A stretch of DNA of 64,000 bases from contig CM075987.1 of assembly GCA_038087875.1 (NCBI GenBank), positions 5,208,001 to 5,272,000 of the forward strand, written 5' to 3'. The stretch's first letter is position 1. The number at the start of each line of letters is the position of its first letter. Below are positions 12,560-25,299 of this stretch, one piece after another. The notes below the pieces were generated by a model, which had not been told where the DNA came from, ran no database searches, and worked only from the letters and a program-made list of their open reading frames with translations. Source of the stretch: Malacoraja senta (taxonomy: Eukaryota). A program made the translations under genes and the position numbers.

Positions 12560-13250
12560 CAATTCAGTGCACTTGTGGGTGGTAAAATACTCAAGATACT
12601 GCAGGCATCAAAAAGCATTGGAGCAGTACCACCAAAGTTGTCTTTGCAAGATCCAACTAACGGATAAGGATAAGCAAACCAATGTCAGCATCCCCTCTTG
12701 GTCCAATGTCCTGATGAGATATGTAGGAAGGAACTGCAGATGCTGGTTTATACCGAAGATAGACACAAAATGCTGGAGTAACTCAACAGGCCAGCCAGTA
12801 GCTCTGGAGAAAAAGAATAGGTGATGTTTCGGGTCGGATCCCTTCTTCAAACTGATTACGGTTCAGTCTAAAGAAGGGTTCTGACCCAAAACATCATCTA
12901 TTCATTTTCTCCAGAGATGCTGCCTGACCTGCTGAGTTACTCCAGAATTTTGTGACTATCCTGGTGAGATGTCCTGACGGCAGACATCCAAATCAAGCAC
13001 TCTATCGCAAACTCCAACGCCGAAAGCGATTTTCAGGAGACGTGGAAAATGCCCAAAGATGGCCTCCGAACCTCCTTGAAAAATAAAAGGTCTTACTATC
13101 ACCGGCTCATGGCAATCCTCACTTTGGGTTGCTCAAACTGACCGATAGGAAGGCACAAAGAGCTGTGTCTCGCTCCAACTGGAACGCATGGAGGCCCAGC
13201 ATAAACAGCAGACAGTACATCCATCTAAACAACTCAACTAGCAGGCCCCT
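12560..13250 (+). mobile_element. RTE (BovB-like) LINE 3' remnant
   Basis: HQKALEQYHQSCLCKI...DKQTNVSI, and after the PLE insertion RHPNQALY..., resembling the RTE RT C-terminus. Confidence 0.65.
12721..12962. mobile_element. PLE-derived fold-back element inside the RTE remnant
   Basis: Inverted terminal-repeat arms meeting near 12860. Confidence 0.75.
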
Positions 13251-13576
13251 TCCAGTTCCTCCATCTCATCAGTTGCGGTATGCATGGATCATGCATTGGG
13301 CTCAGCAGTCAGCTCAGAATCCATATGGTAGTGGCAACAAGTCAACCCCAACCCGGAAAATATCCTGAGAACAGGAGGAGGAAACAAAAAACCTCCTTAC
13401 TTCTATTACAGTGAAAATTAAAGAATACTGCTGTCATTGCAGCATATCTTCTGGGACAAGTCAAAGAATTAAAATTCACACCCATATCAGGAACTGGTTT
13501 CCTAAAGAAGTGTTCCCCAAATGAAACTGGTAAATCCACAGAGAAGGTGAGCCATCAATTTTGTAAAACGCAGTAC

Positions 13577-13702
13577 CTGGGAAGGTTGGGAGCACAACTT
13601 GATGAAGATGGCGTAAATGATGTTTTAGTAGTCGATGTTGGGATTTCTTGTGTCCTTGGAACTTTTCCCATTCTGTACCAGATTCCCATGTTGTTCAGTT
13701 CA
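13577..13702 (-). CDS. MVB12B: MVB12B coding exon (exon 6 equivalent), 126 nt, phase 2-2
   Basis: (G)ELNNMGIWYRMGKVPRTQEIPTSTTKTSFTPSSSSCAPNLP(R); TAG acceptor 13705-13703, AG|GTACTG donor at 13576. Confidence 0.95.
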
Positions 13703-13995
13703 CTAAGTAGACAATAAACAAGTTACAAAAAGCAAATTTAAAAAAAGAACAATTATCCCTTTGCAGATCCCTCCACAGATGCTGCCTGGTCCACTGAGTT
13801 ATTCCGCAGTTTGCTTTTTGCTGTCTATGTATGTTTATGTATTAGGGTAACCAAAGTGTACCAAAGGCCACTTCATAACCTCAAGATGGCAAGATTAAAC
13901 AACCAAACTCAATTTTCCTTCTTTGTTTGAATAGATTCTTTATATTCTCAATCAGACATCCAAAGGGTCACATTCTTCCTTTCAGTTGCAGATTA

Positions 13996-14297
13996 GGGCG
14001 GCACAGTGACGCAGCGGTAAAGTTGCTGCCTTACAGCGCCAGGGACCAAGGTTCGATCCTGTCTGTACGGAGTTTGTACGTTATCCACTTGACCTGCGTG
14101 GGTTTTCTCCGAGAACGTCAGTTTCCTCCCACACTGCAAAGACGTACAGGTTTGTAGGTTAATTGGCTTGGTAAAACGGCAAAAATTGTCCCTAGTGTGT
14201 AGGATAGTGCCAGTGTAAGGGGATCGCTGGTCGGTGCGGACTCGGTGGGCCAAAGGGTCTATTTCCGCGCTGTATCTCTAAAACTAAAAAACTAAAA
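13996..14297 (+). mobile_element. HE1-like V-SINE
   Basis: Family match. Confidence 0.9.
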
Positions 14298-14344
14298 TTA
14301 CCTTCCTTGATACTGACTGCTTTCTTTTCACTGAGCTTTGGACT

Positions 14345-14495
14345 TGAAAGCAGAAAGCCTTGCTTTTATGAAACTTTTGACAACTTGTCCCAAAGTGTGT
14401 TAAGTATTATTGAAGTGAGATCAAAGTTGCAATGTAGGAAAACTGCAACCAATTTGCAGAGAACAATCTCTGCTGCTTAACTATACGATTAAAAC
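14345..14495 (-). mobile_element. Decayed DeuSINE-like (SacSINE1-type) 3' remnant
   Basis: Reverse complement resembles the Deu-SINE tail as recalled (gcaaattggttgcagttttcctacattgcaac..cactttgggac). Confidence 0.4.
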
Positions 14496-14504
14496 CAGAA
14501 GACG

Positions 14505-14858
14505 CAAGGAACTGCAGACACTGGGATCCTGAGCAAAGCACAAGGTGCCGGAGTAACTCAGCAGGTCATGCAGCCTCTGTGGCACTCTGAAGAAAGGTTC
14601 ATAACCGAAACGTCACCAATCCATTCCCTCCACAGATGCTGCTGTGTTACTGCAGTGTTACTCTGCGTTTTAAAACCAGAATCTTGGCTTTCATGTCACA
14701 GATTAAACACCGAGGAGAACTAGAATGTAGGAGCGAGGTGCTGCAGATGCAGGTTTACACAAAAGTACACAAAGTGCTGGAGTAACTCAGCGGGTCAGGG
14801 AACATCTCTGGAGAACATGGATAGATGATGTTTTGGGTCAGAACCCTTCTTCAGACTG
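14505..14858. mobile_element. Cluster of PLE terminal-repeat fragments
   Basis: Fold-back at 14505-14670 (core CTGAAGA..GAAACGTC at 14587-14614) and a minus-strand copy at 14740-14858. Confidence 0.7.
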
Positions 14859-14863
14859 ATTGT

Positions 14864-15172
14864 GTTTAGTTTAGTGTAGAGATACAGCGCAGAAACAGGT
14901 CCTTCGGCCGACCGGGTCTGCACTGACCAGTGATCCCCATATATTAGCACTACCCAACACACACTATGGACACTTTTACATTTATACCAAGCCAATTAAC
15001 CTACAAACCTGTATGGCTTTAGAGTTTGGGAGTAAACCGAAGATGTTGGAGAAAACCCATGCAGGTCCCGTGAGAACGTACAAACTCCGTACAGACAAGC
15101 ACCCATAGTCACGATCGAACCCTGGTCTCTGACGCTGTTAGGCAGTAGCTCTACCGCTGCGCCACCGTGCAG
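14864..15172 (-). mobile_element. HE1-like V-SINE
   Basis: Family match. Confidence 0.9.
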
Positions 15173-16004
15173 CCCCGCCTGTGGTGGGGGGTTGGGGCGG
15201 GAAAGCTGGGAGAGAGGAGAGAAGAGAGCTACTTTGCTCTTTTTCCAAGAGATGCAATCCCAGTCAGAGATCACATGAAAAGCCAGTTGATGGCAATTTT
15301 GTAACAGATTATGACTACAACAGTCACAATTCCTTTGGTCCCTGCTGCCTTTACCACACTCCCAATGGAGTCAGACAGTCAGCTTCTCTGGCCACAGTGT
15401 GTGGTCGTAAGCTCTCATAATTACAGGTATAACATTTTCTTAGGCTGAATTAGTGGTTGGGCAACACATATAGCATTGACCTTAAATGTACCCACTCACA
15501 ATGATCAAGCTAGCTTTAGGATCTTTGAACATGTATTTCAGATGCCCCTCAGGTTCTCTACATTTCTCAGTTTCCTATTGTTTAGTTGACATTTCTTTGC
15601 CTCTTTAGACCTTCCCAAATAACAAACCTCATCATTTTCTTCCATCTTTTCATTGATATTGTCAAGCAATTTATGACTTTATCCTTTAACTAGCGACCGC
15701 TAGTTGTGTTTTCTGCAAACTGCTTAATCCCTTACATTGTTTGCACAATTATTACTTACTCCAGAAAACAAGCAATCATGTACTAGGCTCTACAGAAACA
15801 TACCACCAACAAACTCCCAGCAACAAAAACACGTGTAAACCATAGCCGTTTGCTCTCTGCCACATTGAATCCATCCTTCCTTTGACCCCCCCCCACGGTT
15901 TTTCATTTACTGACCAGCCCATTGCGTGGGACCAGATCAGAATCCATACAGATTGCATCAAACTCACTGTGTCCTAACTATCCTTCCTGCACCACTCACT
16001 AACT

Positions 16005-16347
16005 TGCCTGGATAGAGTGGATGTGGAGTGGACGTTTTCCCTTGGGGGACAGTCTAGGACTTAGAATTAAAGGACGTCCCTTTGGGAAGGCGATGAGGAG
16101 GAATTTCTTTAGTCAGAGGGTGGTGAATCTGTGGAATTCATTGCCACAGAAGGCTGTGGAGGTCAAGTCAATGGATATTTTAAGGCAGAGATAGACAGAT
16201 TCTTGATTAGTACCAGTGTCAGGGGTTATGGGGTGAAGGCAGGAGAATGGGGTGAGGAGGGCAAGGTAGATCAGCTATGATTGAATGGTCTAATTCTGTA
16301 CACTTGACTGGCTGAATGGTCTAATTCTGCTCCCATCACTTATGAAC
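16005..16347 (+). mobile_element. CR1 3' fragment
   Basis: Homologous to 11200-11555. Confidence 0.8.
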
Positions 16348-17480
16348 TAACTCGTTTTCCCCTCCCCAGCTCTGTAGAGTCTTCAACCTGCAAGACTAAC
16401 TGTTTTGCTTTCAACTGATGCTGATCATTGGCAGCGTTTTCTCCTATTGTTATATCAAACACATACTTCACATTGGCTCCCAGTTACAACTGAAATAAAA
16501 ATGCAATCACTTGGTGGATTTAATTTTCTTTTTATAAATCCATGCTGGCTACCTTCAATTAATTGGTATCTTCCAAAATAATGATTGAAATCATCCATCA
16601 CAATTATCTTCCCGTAATACGTCCAACGTTGAGTTTATCATGCAAGTTTATAATAATAGTCTAGCCTTTGTTCTCTTTGTTTTTAAAATAGAGTAGAAGC
16701 CAGCAATCCTCTGACACTACATCGGTAGCAGAGAGGATTGGACAATGATGGGTTGAATAATCTCTATTTCCTCCCTTGCCTCTATTAACAGCGCAGGCGA
16801 AATTTTATTCAGGCCTTCCATTAACCTTCAACCAAAAATACCAAGCCCCCTAATATTTCCTGCTTCACTGTGTCGAACCTGTCACTATTTCACACACCTT
16901 CTCATTAACTATTATGTCCCCCATTATCTTGACGGTGAAGATAATATGCAGTGCATTTATTACAAACCACATCCATTTTCTCCACCTCAAAGAGGTTCTT
17001 TTTGTTTCGCAAAAGCCATTGTTATTTATACTCTGGAACGTTACATGCAAAGGTTGCTTCCCCCCCCCCCCCCCCCCCCACACACATTTATTGTCCCCCT
17101 CGCCACATAAAAATACATGGCAATAAAGAGGCCCTTTCATTTGCACCATCACATTTGTCAGGCCCTTGAATAGCAATTTAATACTACTCCCTGCCATAAT
17201 GCAAAAAGCAGCAAGCACAGCAATGAAAATTAAAGCAAAGCGCTTAAGATTTCTGCTTGCATTAGTCAGAAACAGAAGACAAACGATTCATTAAAAGTTA
17301 GATTTTTTTTAAAATGTTCACTTGCAGAGTAGTCAAGTACGGAACGACGAAGCTGCAATGAACAGTTACCACACATCCACACAAAATTTAAATCTGAGCG
17401 CATTTTATAGCATCAGGATGCCACAAATTAAACTCCCTTTATTACACTCAGAAGCTGCCAAACAAAGTGAGGTCGCCTAC

Positions 17481-17610
17481 CCAATGAAGGTATACTGTGG
17501 GGGAGCCTGCTTGGATTTGCCATAGATTTTCACATCACAAATGGCAGCTTCAGTTGAGTCGCGAGGAATAAACTTGATGCACAATCTTCTCTTCCTGAAA
17601 GCCGACTCTT
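17481..17610 (-). CDS. MVB12B: MVB12B coding exon (exon 5 equivalent), 130 nt, phase 1-2
   Basis: (Q)ESAFRKRRLCIKFIPRDSTEAAICDVKIYGKSKQAPPQYTFI(G); TAG acceptor 17613-17611, GTAGG donor at 17480; phases fit both neighbours. Confidence 0.97.
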
Positions 17611-17977
17611 CTATATAAAAAAAACATTCAATGCTACAAATAAGTGCATGGCAACGTAATTCGTTTAACACCTGATAAAAATTGAAGAGATAGTTGCTTT
17701 GACCTTACCCTGACATATGCAGACAATTGTGCACTTATAATACACAAAGATAAGCATCCGAGCAGTAATTTTTTTCAATGTTATACAAATTATGAAATAG
17801 GGCAATTTACCACAAGTGCCAACTCCTTTTCTCCACCTGGAATTGCTTGGACAAGCTATATTGAGTGTTCTATTGTCACGTCCCAAACGGAACAATGACA
17901 TTTTTACTCGCTCCAGTACAACAGAATATGTAAACAATATACTCTGCAAACAATATAACAAATAGGAAAAAAGTTCA

Positions 17978-18035
17978 GTGTGTGTGTGTGTGTGTAAAAG
18001 TTCAGTGTATGTGTGTATGTGCATCTGTGTGTGTA
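17978..18035. repeat. (TG)n microsatellite, interrupted
   Basis: Direct inspection. Confidence 0.9.
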
Positions 18036-18060
18036 TAGAATGTAAACATATATACTACAT

Positions 18061-18620
18061 ACCGGGTGGTTCCGCGATGGCAGCCTCGCCAACAGTCAGT
18101 CTGTCCTTTCATCTTTTAAAAAAATATTTAGTGTGTTTTAAAGGTTTGTGTTAATGTTCTCTGGTTTGTTTCATGTGGGGGTTGGACGGGGGGGGGGGGG
18201 GGGGTTGGGGGAAACTTCAACCTCTTACCTTGCCGGAGATGCGATTGTTTTCCGGGTCATATCTCCGGTCGCTCTGCGGCCTAACATCATGGAGCTGTAG
18301 GCCTTGCTCGGGACTGACTTTGAGCCCCACCGCAGGAGCTTGATCGCCTCGATGGGGAGGGCCCAAACGCCGCCGGCTACAGGAGTAAGATCGTCCCGTC
18401 AATGGAAGGCTCAAAGCCCCCGGCCGCGGGAGCACAAAGAAGGGAAGAGATTGAACTTTTTTTCGCCTTCCATCACAGTGAGGAATGTGGAGGAGTCACT
18501 GTGGTGGATGTTTATGTTTAAATCCATTTTGTGTGTTCTGTTGCTTTTTATTAGTATGACTTGTATGGCAAATCAAATTCCTCGTATGTTGCAAAACATA
18601 CTTGGCTAATAAAGTAAGTA
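18061..18620 (+). mobile_element. CpG-rich non-autonomous element with a LINE-type 3' tail (unclassified)
   Basis: The 3' 150 bp are homologous to 41670-41820 and end in hairpin + AATAAA; no ORF. Confidence 0.55.
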
Positions 18621-18855
18621 CGAGTATGGGTATATAGAATATACACATATACATACATATATGTGAATTATATATATGAATTATATATGTGAAATTCATA
18701 TATACACTGAACTTTTTAATGATTTTTTAAATGTCCAGATTAAAATATATTATACATATATAATATGCAATTAATAATATAATATGCAATTATAAATACA
18801 TTTATAAATACACAAAATATAAATATAAATACACAATATACATAAATATATATGG
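18620..18855. repeat. AT-rich low-complexity (TA)n-like tract
   Basis: Direct inspection. Confidence 0.85.
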
Positions 18856-19156
18856 CTATGAATCAGTAGGAGGGTTATTTTTTCCACCAGCAGATTCCAA
18901 ATAGTGTACTTTTTTTGTTCAGAATCCAATTTGCACCATAACCTGATTCGAGCGCCACTCAGTCTCAAAAATGTCAGAGCCGACCAGTTCCATTCCAGTT
19001 GCGAGAGGACATAATTTACAACTTCAGTTGTGCTTTAACAACCAGGAAATAAGAGATAAAGTTTTCCTAATTCAAAACGTTACAGCTACATGCCACTATC
19101 TGATAGAATCCAATACCGTTTAACCGTGTCTGCAGCAGGCAAAGGCCATAACTTAC

Positions 19157-19253
19157 GAGTGTCCACTGTTTCTTGAATGGGGATAAAGCCCACCGGTAAA
19201 GTATCCTTTAAATCGATCAGCTTCATATCCACTAGCACGTTCCCTAAATGGCT
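19157..19253 (-). CDS. MVB12B: MVB12B coding exon (exon 4 equivalent), 97 nt, phase 0-1
   Basis: SHLGNVLVDMKLIDLKDTLPVGFIPIQETVDT + C; AAG acceptor after a pyrimidine tract, GTAAGT donor starting at 19156. Confidence 0.97.
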
Positions 19254-19744
19254 CTTTAAAAGCCACAAGAGGAAGAAAAAAATAAAATAAAGGTGTCACA
19301 CATGCTACAATATTCTGGACAGCCTATGTCGTGATATTCCATTATTTCTCTGGCTCGGAAACAAATAAACCTCTGTGCAACGAGAAAAATACAGGAAATC
19401 AATTGGATGCTCCATAAAAGTTTCTCTTCAGAAAATACCAGTGTGAAAAGAGAGGTTTCCGTCATGAACGAATGTCCAACAATAAGCCTGTCGACTGGGT
19501 TGGGAGCAGCGAGGGGAGAACATGAACATTTACACACTGTACATCGTCCCCTTTAATATTTTCAAACGGATCCATAAAACCGCATCATCAACACCTTCAA
19601 CTTTATTTATCACAAATAGCCATCAAGCAAACTATGCTGGAATAATTCTGTGGCTACGCCAGATCCTAAAATCCGACCAGGTTCTATCTAAAAATGGGTA
19701 GATAACTAGGTTGTAGAGATAGGTTTGGAAATATATTATTCTAA

Positions 19745-20047
19745 GTTTAGTTTAATTTAGATATACAGCGCGGAAACAGGCCCTTCGGCCCAGAGTCCGC
19801 ACCGACCAGCAATCCCCGCACACTAGCATCATCCTCCACACTAGGGACAATTTACAATTTTACCAAGCCAATTAGCCAACAGACCTGTACGTCTTTGGAG
19901 TGTGGGAGGAAACCGGAGCACCCGGAGAAAACCCACGCAGGTCACGGGGAGAACGTACAAACTCCGTGCAGACAGCACCCGTAGTCAGGGTCGAACTCAT
20001 GTCACTGGCGCTGTAAGGCAGCAACTCTGCCGCTGTGCCACCGTGCC
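19745..20047 (-). mobile_element. HE1-like V-SINE
   Basis: Family match, close to consensus. Confidence 0.9.
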
Positions 20048-21059
20048 ATAATGCAAATTGATTAATGAAGTGTGCTCTGGAGAGGTGCCAAAATATATTC
20101 TACCACTGACAGCGGGGCAAGGAAAGGGAACAAATAAAGAAAGTCTGGAACCACATGCACAACATCAGAAGATACGGAAGAATGAGTCAACATTAAGAGG
20201 ATGGAAAAGGGCCCATGAAGCATTAAAGACAAACAATCTGAGGTGATCACAGTTTGTGGTAGCCACGCAGACTTGGACTTCACAGGCTTAGGATTATTTT
20301 CACCCACCCCCAACCCACTACAGAAAGGGGAGTCAGTATATTGAATGATAGGTTCAGAGAGATATGGACCATGCATAGGCAAATGGGACTAGCACAGGTA
20401 GTGGCTGAAGATAGTCACAAAAAGCAGGGGTCAGTGGGTCAGGCAGCATCTCTTGAGAAATGGAATGGGTGAGAAGGGGGATCATATGGCGGCAGGCAAT
20501 TGATAGGACTGTCGGGTACTTTTGTAACTTTGTCGTCACCAGAACGTGGTGACGCATGTGTATTGCCTAGGTTGTATGCAAAACAAAGCATTTCACTCAA
20601 CCTCGGTACATGTGACAACAAAGTGTCATTCATCCATTCAAATTCCAACTAATAACTTGAGCAATGCATTGCAATCAATTGGAAATGAACTGGTTAAATG
20701 AAAAGCAGCTCCAAGCTGGCTGCCATTACGTTTAATCCACATCTTTATCAGCTTTCCCATCCTCCAATGCTTTTCGTCCGCCGCATACAAGTCATTGAGA
20801 ACACGGAGGGCGACGTCCTTGCCCTCATTCCTCTCAGCCCTTGCCAGGCTCCAGCAGCTTTACCCGCACCCTCCTTGCTTTCTAAACCCACCAAGGCCAT
20901 GTGTCAAGCTACGCCAGCACTCCTGAAGCTGCACTTGCCCCTGGCTGCTGGTTTAGTTCTAGTTGGCTGCCGCAGTTGCACTGCCTGGAAGGAACATTCC
21001 TAAACTCTCTCCTTGCCACACAACCTCCATCTCAGAGGTTCATCTGTGCACCGTCTAGA

Positions 21060-21340
21060 ACACAGTGGACATAGGTTTAAGGTGAGGGGGAAAGATTTAA
21101 TAGGAACACGAGGGGTAACTTGTTTTACACAAAGGGTGGTGTGTGTATGGAACGAGCTGCTGGAGGAGGTAGTTGACGCAATGTTTAAGAAACATTTGGA
21201 TAGGTACATGAATAGGATAGATTTAGAGAGACATGGGCCAAATGCAGGCAGGTGCGACTAGGGTAGATGGGACATGTTGGTCAGTGTGGGCAAGTTGGGC
21301 TGAAGAGCCTGGTTGCATGCTGTATCATACTATGACTCTG
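21060..21340 (+). mobile_element. CR1 (HER1-like) 3' fragment
   Basis: GHRFKVRGK..FTQRVVCVWNEL. Confidence 0.8.
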
Positions 21341-21494
21341 AAGCAGAGTCCCAACCTGAAACGTCATCTGTCCATGTTCTCCAGAGATGCTGCCTGACCT
21401 GCTGAGTTACTCTTGCACTTTGTATCTTTCCTTGGTAAACCAGCATCTGCAGTTCCTTGTGTCTACATCTCTAATTTTTGGGATTGAATTAAAG

Positions 21495-21730
21495 ATACAT
21501 AGCCCACACAGTCTATGCCAACCATCAATCACCTGTTCACAGTAGTTCTAGGTTATCCCATTTTCGCATCCGCTCCCTACCACACTAGGGGCAATTTACA
21601 GAGGGCCAAATATCCTGCAAACTCACACAACTTTGGGATATGGGAGGAAACAGGGATAGGGTCGCAAGGAGAATGTGCAGACAGCACCCGAGGTCAGGAT
21701 CAAACTGGGGTCTCCAGCGCTGTGAGGCAC
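21495..21730 (-). mobile_element. V-SINE (older subfamily)
   Basis: Family match with deletions. Confidence 0.7.
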
Positions 21731-22687
21731 TCCTATTAAATGCCAGTTTCTTCAAACTCACCCCCTCGCTACACCCAACCATGCTCCAAATGCTCTTCTC
21801 CACAGAACTATTTTCTTATAACCAGAGATTGTTATCAAAATGAAAGTAGTATTACGACACAAATGATAAAGGGTGATTTGATTTTATATTATTCTTCCAC
21901 TAAGCTACAAATCATGACATTTTCAGCCACTTGAGTATTTGCTTCTTCAAGCCTGTGTAAAGCAGTTATTTCATCTTTACTCTAAAACTTGCAGGACCAA
22001 AGCAATCTTCCACTTGTGACTAAATAATCATAATCAATAACTTGAAACAACATAACCGCATAAGTGCACCTAATGGTGCAAGAATGGTTTGATGATCAGG
22101 AGCATTTGTTGATTGAACGATTGCAAGACCATCTAAATGACCGCTTTTTGAGGAAAACAGCCAAAGTTATCAAAGGGTCAAAGGGAGGTCATGCAAGTAA
22201 CAGCGATGACACGGTAAATGGAGGCATTCAAGCATCTAGTTTCAAATTCTGGCTTTTCATCAGGTTGTGCGAGGTGTCATAGACACTGATTTGTGACCTG
22301 TTGTGCAGGAAATGAGTTGAAAACTCAATGAAATCAAAACAAAACTCACTGCCAGTCAAGCAGGTGGGGAGTATGCTTCATATTAGATAAAGGGATGTTC
22401 TTACTTGAAAATTCAAAATCTTAACATTAAATATCTTAACTATAGCTAAAGCGTTCAGCTATGGACAATTACAACAAAGCTAAGGGGAAGATCGTTCGTG
22501 AAGAGTTTGCATATATTTGACATGTTAAAATAAACAAAATTATTTTTTAATATTTGGGGATTGACCAAAATTTGGACCAAGAAGTGGGATTTAAGGAGGG
22601 TGTTAACGGAAGAGAGGGAGCTGCAAAGGCAGAGTAGTTTTAGAGAACGAGAGAGGGGGCGGGTCGAGATTACTTAAAAAGGTGGCA

Positions 22688-22860
22688 GCTCCAGTTTCCT
22701 CCCACACTCCAAAGGTGTGCAGGTTTGTAGGTTAATTGGCTTCTGAAAAATGTAAATTGTCCCTCGTATGTAGGATAGTGCTGGTGTACGGGGTGATCGC
22801 AGGTCGGTGCAGACTCGGTGGGCCGAAGGGCCCGTTTCCATGCTGTTTCTCTAAAGTCTA
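22688..22860 (+). mobile_element. HE1-like V-SINE 3' half
   Basis: Family match. Confidence 0.8.
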
Positions 22861-23420
22861 TTTAGTAATTGTAATCGAGACAACACTGGTCAGAACCCAT
22901 TTAAAATCTAGTGGGATCCCTGGATTCCAAGCACCCGAGTCTTTACTTCATGTACTTACTGAAACCTCAACAGAAAATACATGGAAATCTAGAACAAGAA
23001 CTTCATTCTCTAAATGCAAATAAAAGCAGAACTTACAAGACAACATCTCAATGAATCTAAATCTATTCACAATTTAGGTATTTAAATCTTCCTTTAAGTT
23101 GGATAAAACTAAAGGGAAAAGTCATTATGGAGTGCAGTGCCTTGAAGTTCACTGACAGGACATGTTGGAACTGTTCTGGTATGCTGTCAATATTTACTAA
23201 GTCAAGTGGGAAGGTGAACTACAAGGAGAACACACACAATCCGAAAAGCGATGTAGTCAGGTTATACCGGTGGGAGGAAAAGGCGGGATACTGGAGTACA
23301 ACGTGAAATAGAAAGTAGGAAGATTAGAAAAGCAGATGTCATTTTAAAAACATTTTAAAAAAATGGTAAATGTTGGATGTGTGGAAAGACCCTGGGTGTG
23401 TACTGGTTGATGAAGGTTTA

Positions 23421-23485
23421 AGGGCCTGTCCCACTTACGTGATTTTTTCGGCGACTTGCTGAAATGTTGAAAATCCAGCATGTCG
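23421..23485. mobile_element. Truncated left end of the same MITE family
   Basis: TTA + AGGGCCTGTCCCACTTACGTGATTTTTTCGGCGAC...GAAATGTTGAAAA; cut off by a CR1 fragment. Confidence 0.65.
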
Positions 23486-23985
23486 CATTTGGCCCATATC
23501 CCTCTAAATCCTTCCTATCCATGTATTGTTCAAATGTCTCTTGAATGTTGTTATGGTATCTGCCTCAACTACCCCCTGTGGCAACTCATTCCATATACCT
23601 ACCACCCACCTAGTGAAAAGATTGCCCCTTAAGTTTATTATTAAATCTTTTCCTCTCACCTTAAATCTATGTCCTCTGGTTCTTAATTCCACTACCTTGT
23701 GTAAAAGACTCAGCATCTACACTATCTATTCCCCTCACTATCAGTACATTCACTCTTTCTATTCCCCTTATGATCTTATACACCTCTATAAGATCACTCT
23801 TCAGCCACCTGCGCTCCAAGGCATAAAGTCCGAGCCTGCCCATTAACCTTTCCCTGTAGCTCAGGCCCCCAAGTCCTGGCAACATCCACGTAAATCTTCT
23901 CTGCACTCTTTCTAGCTTAACATCTTTCCTACAGCCAGGTGACCAAAACTGAACACAATACCCCAAATGTGGCCTCACCAACATC
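23485..23985 (-). mobile_element. CR1 (HER1-like) LINE 3' fragment
   Basis: ORF LVRPHLGYCVQFWSP..KLERVQRRFT..DLIEVYKIIRG. Confidence 0.9.
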
Positions 23986-24296
23986 GTTTAAAATGGTTCA
24001 AAAAGCAGAATCTTTTCACCTTAGATTTACTTTAAAACGTTCTTTTGCATTTCTGCCATATTACGAAGACATTCATAATTGGACTTTTTTACCCTTTACC
24101 AATTATTTCCTTTAATCACATCCCAAAAGAAACAACATTGGCTATTTAGACTACATCCGCTACTTGTGGCCACAAAAGGTCAGGTTTCTCAGATCTGCCT
24201 CCTTACTACAGGAAAAGCATCTTCTCATTTATCTGCAAAGATCAGGAAAACGGTGTACCAAATACACACCGGGATATATCATTTCACTGCATTTAT

Positions 24297-24900
24297 GGGC
24301 AGCACGGTGGCGCAGCGGTAGAGTTGCTGCCCTACAGCGCTTGCAGCACCAGAGACCTGGGTTCGACCCTAACTACAGATGCTGTCTGTGCGGAGTTTGT
24401 ACGTTCTTCCCGTGACCTGCGTGGGTTTTCTCCGAGATCTTCAGTTTCCTCCCACACTCCAAAGATGTAGGTTTGTAGGGCAATCGGCTTGGTTAAATTG
24501 TAAAATTGTCCTTGGTGTGTGTAGGACAGTGTTAATAGACAATAGACAATAGGTGCAGGAGTAGGCCATTCGGCCCTTCGAGCCAGCACCACCATTCAAT
24601 GTGATCATGGCTGATCATCCCCAATCAGTACCCCGTTCGTGCCTGCTCCCCATATCCCCTGACTCCGCTATTTTTAAGAGCCCTATCTAGCTCTCTCTCG
24701 AAAGCATCCAGAGAACCGGCCTCCACCGCCCTCTGAGGCATAGAATTCCTCACACTCACCACTTTCTATGAGAAAAAGTGTTTCCTCGTCTCCGTTCTAA
24801 ATGGTTTAATCCTTATTCTTAAGTGTTAATACATGGGGATCGCTAGTCAGTGCGGACTCGGTGGGCCGAAGTGCCTGTATCTCTAAAATAAACTAAACTA
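24297..24900 (+). mobile_element. HE1-like V-SINE split by CR1
   Basis: Family match on both sides of the TSD-bounded insert. Confidence 0.9.
24538..24821 (-). mobile_element. Young CR1 3' fragment nested in a SINE
   Basis: TSD AGTGTTAATA (24528-24537, 24822-24831). Confidence 0.85.
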
Positions 24901-25299
24901 TACTTAGCTTGCGGTCCTGTGGTTAATGCAACTGCAGGGCGTTGTGAAACAAATCAAATTTTCAAAAGGCTCTGTGCCTCAACCTTTCACTAATCATACA
25001 AAAAAAGTCCTAGTCCAATTTTACCCATTAAAATTTGAAACTATTCCTAACGCATAGATTGTATTAGACAAAAACTGTAATTTTGCCCTCTATGCCAAGA
25101 AAAATCCTCATCAACATATTAGAAAGCACACCACTGCATTATTAAAAAAACAATTACATTATTGAAACTGCCGTTGTTGCAGTCAGTGCGTTTAAAGTGG
25201 TTACTGAAACACACTTCAATGTTTCTAAAAGGCTCCATTTTTCAGACCGTAACTGATAACTATAAAAACACAAGCACAAGGTCAATGACTTGAACTCAC

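Noticed and set aside
18221-18255. CTTACCTTGCCGGAGAT..GTTTTCC resembling the U1 snRNA 5' end
   Set aside because: Similarity is short and gapped, there is no Sm site or U1 stem-loops, and it lies inside a repeat.
20698-21003. GC-richer open segment as an extra exon or retrogene
   Set aside because: No convincing splice sites on the MVB12B strand and no recognisable protein similarity.
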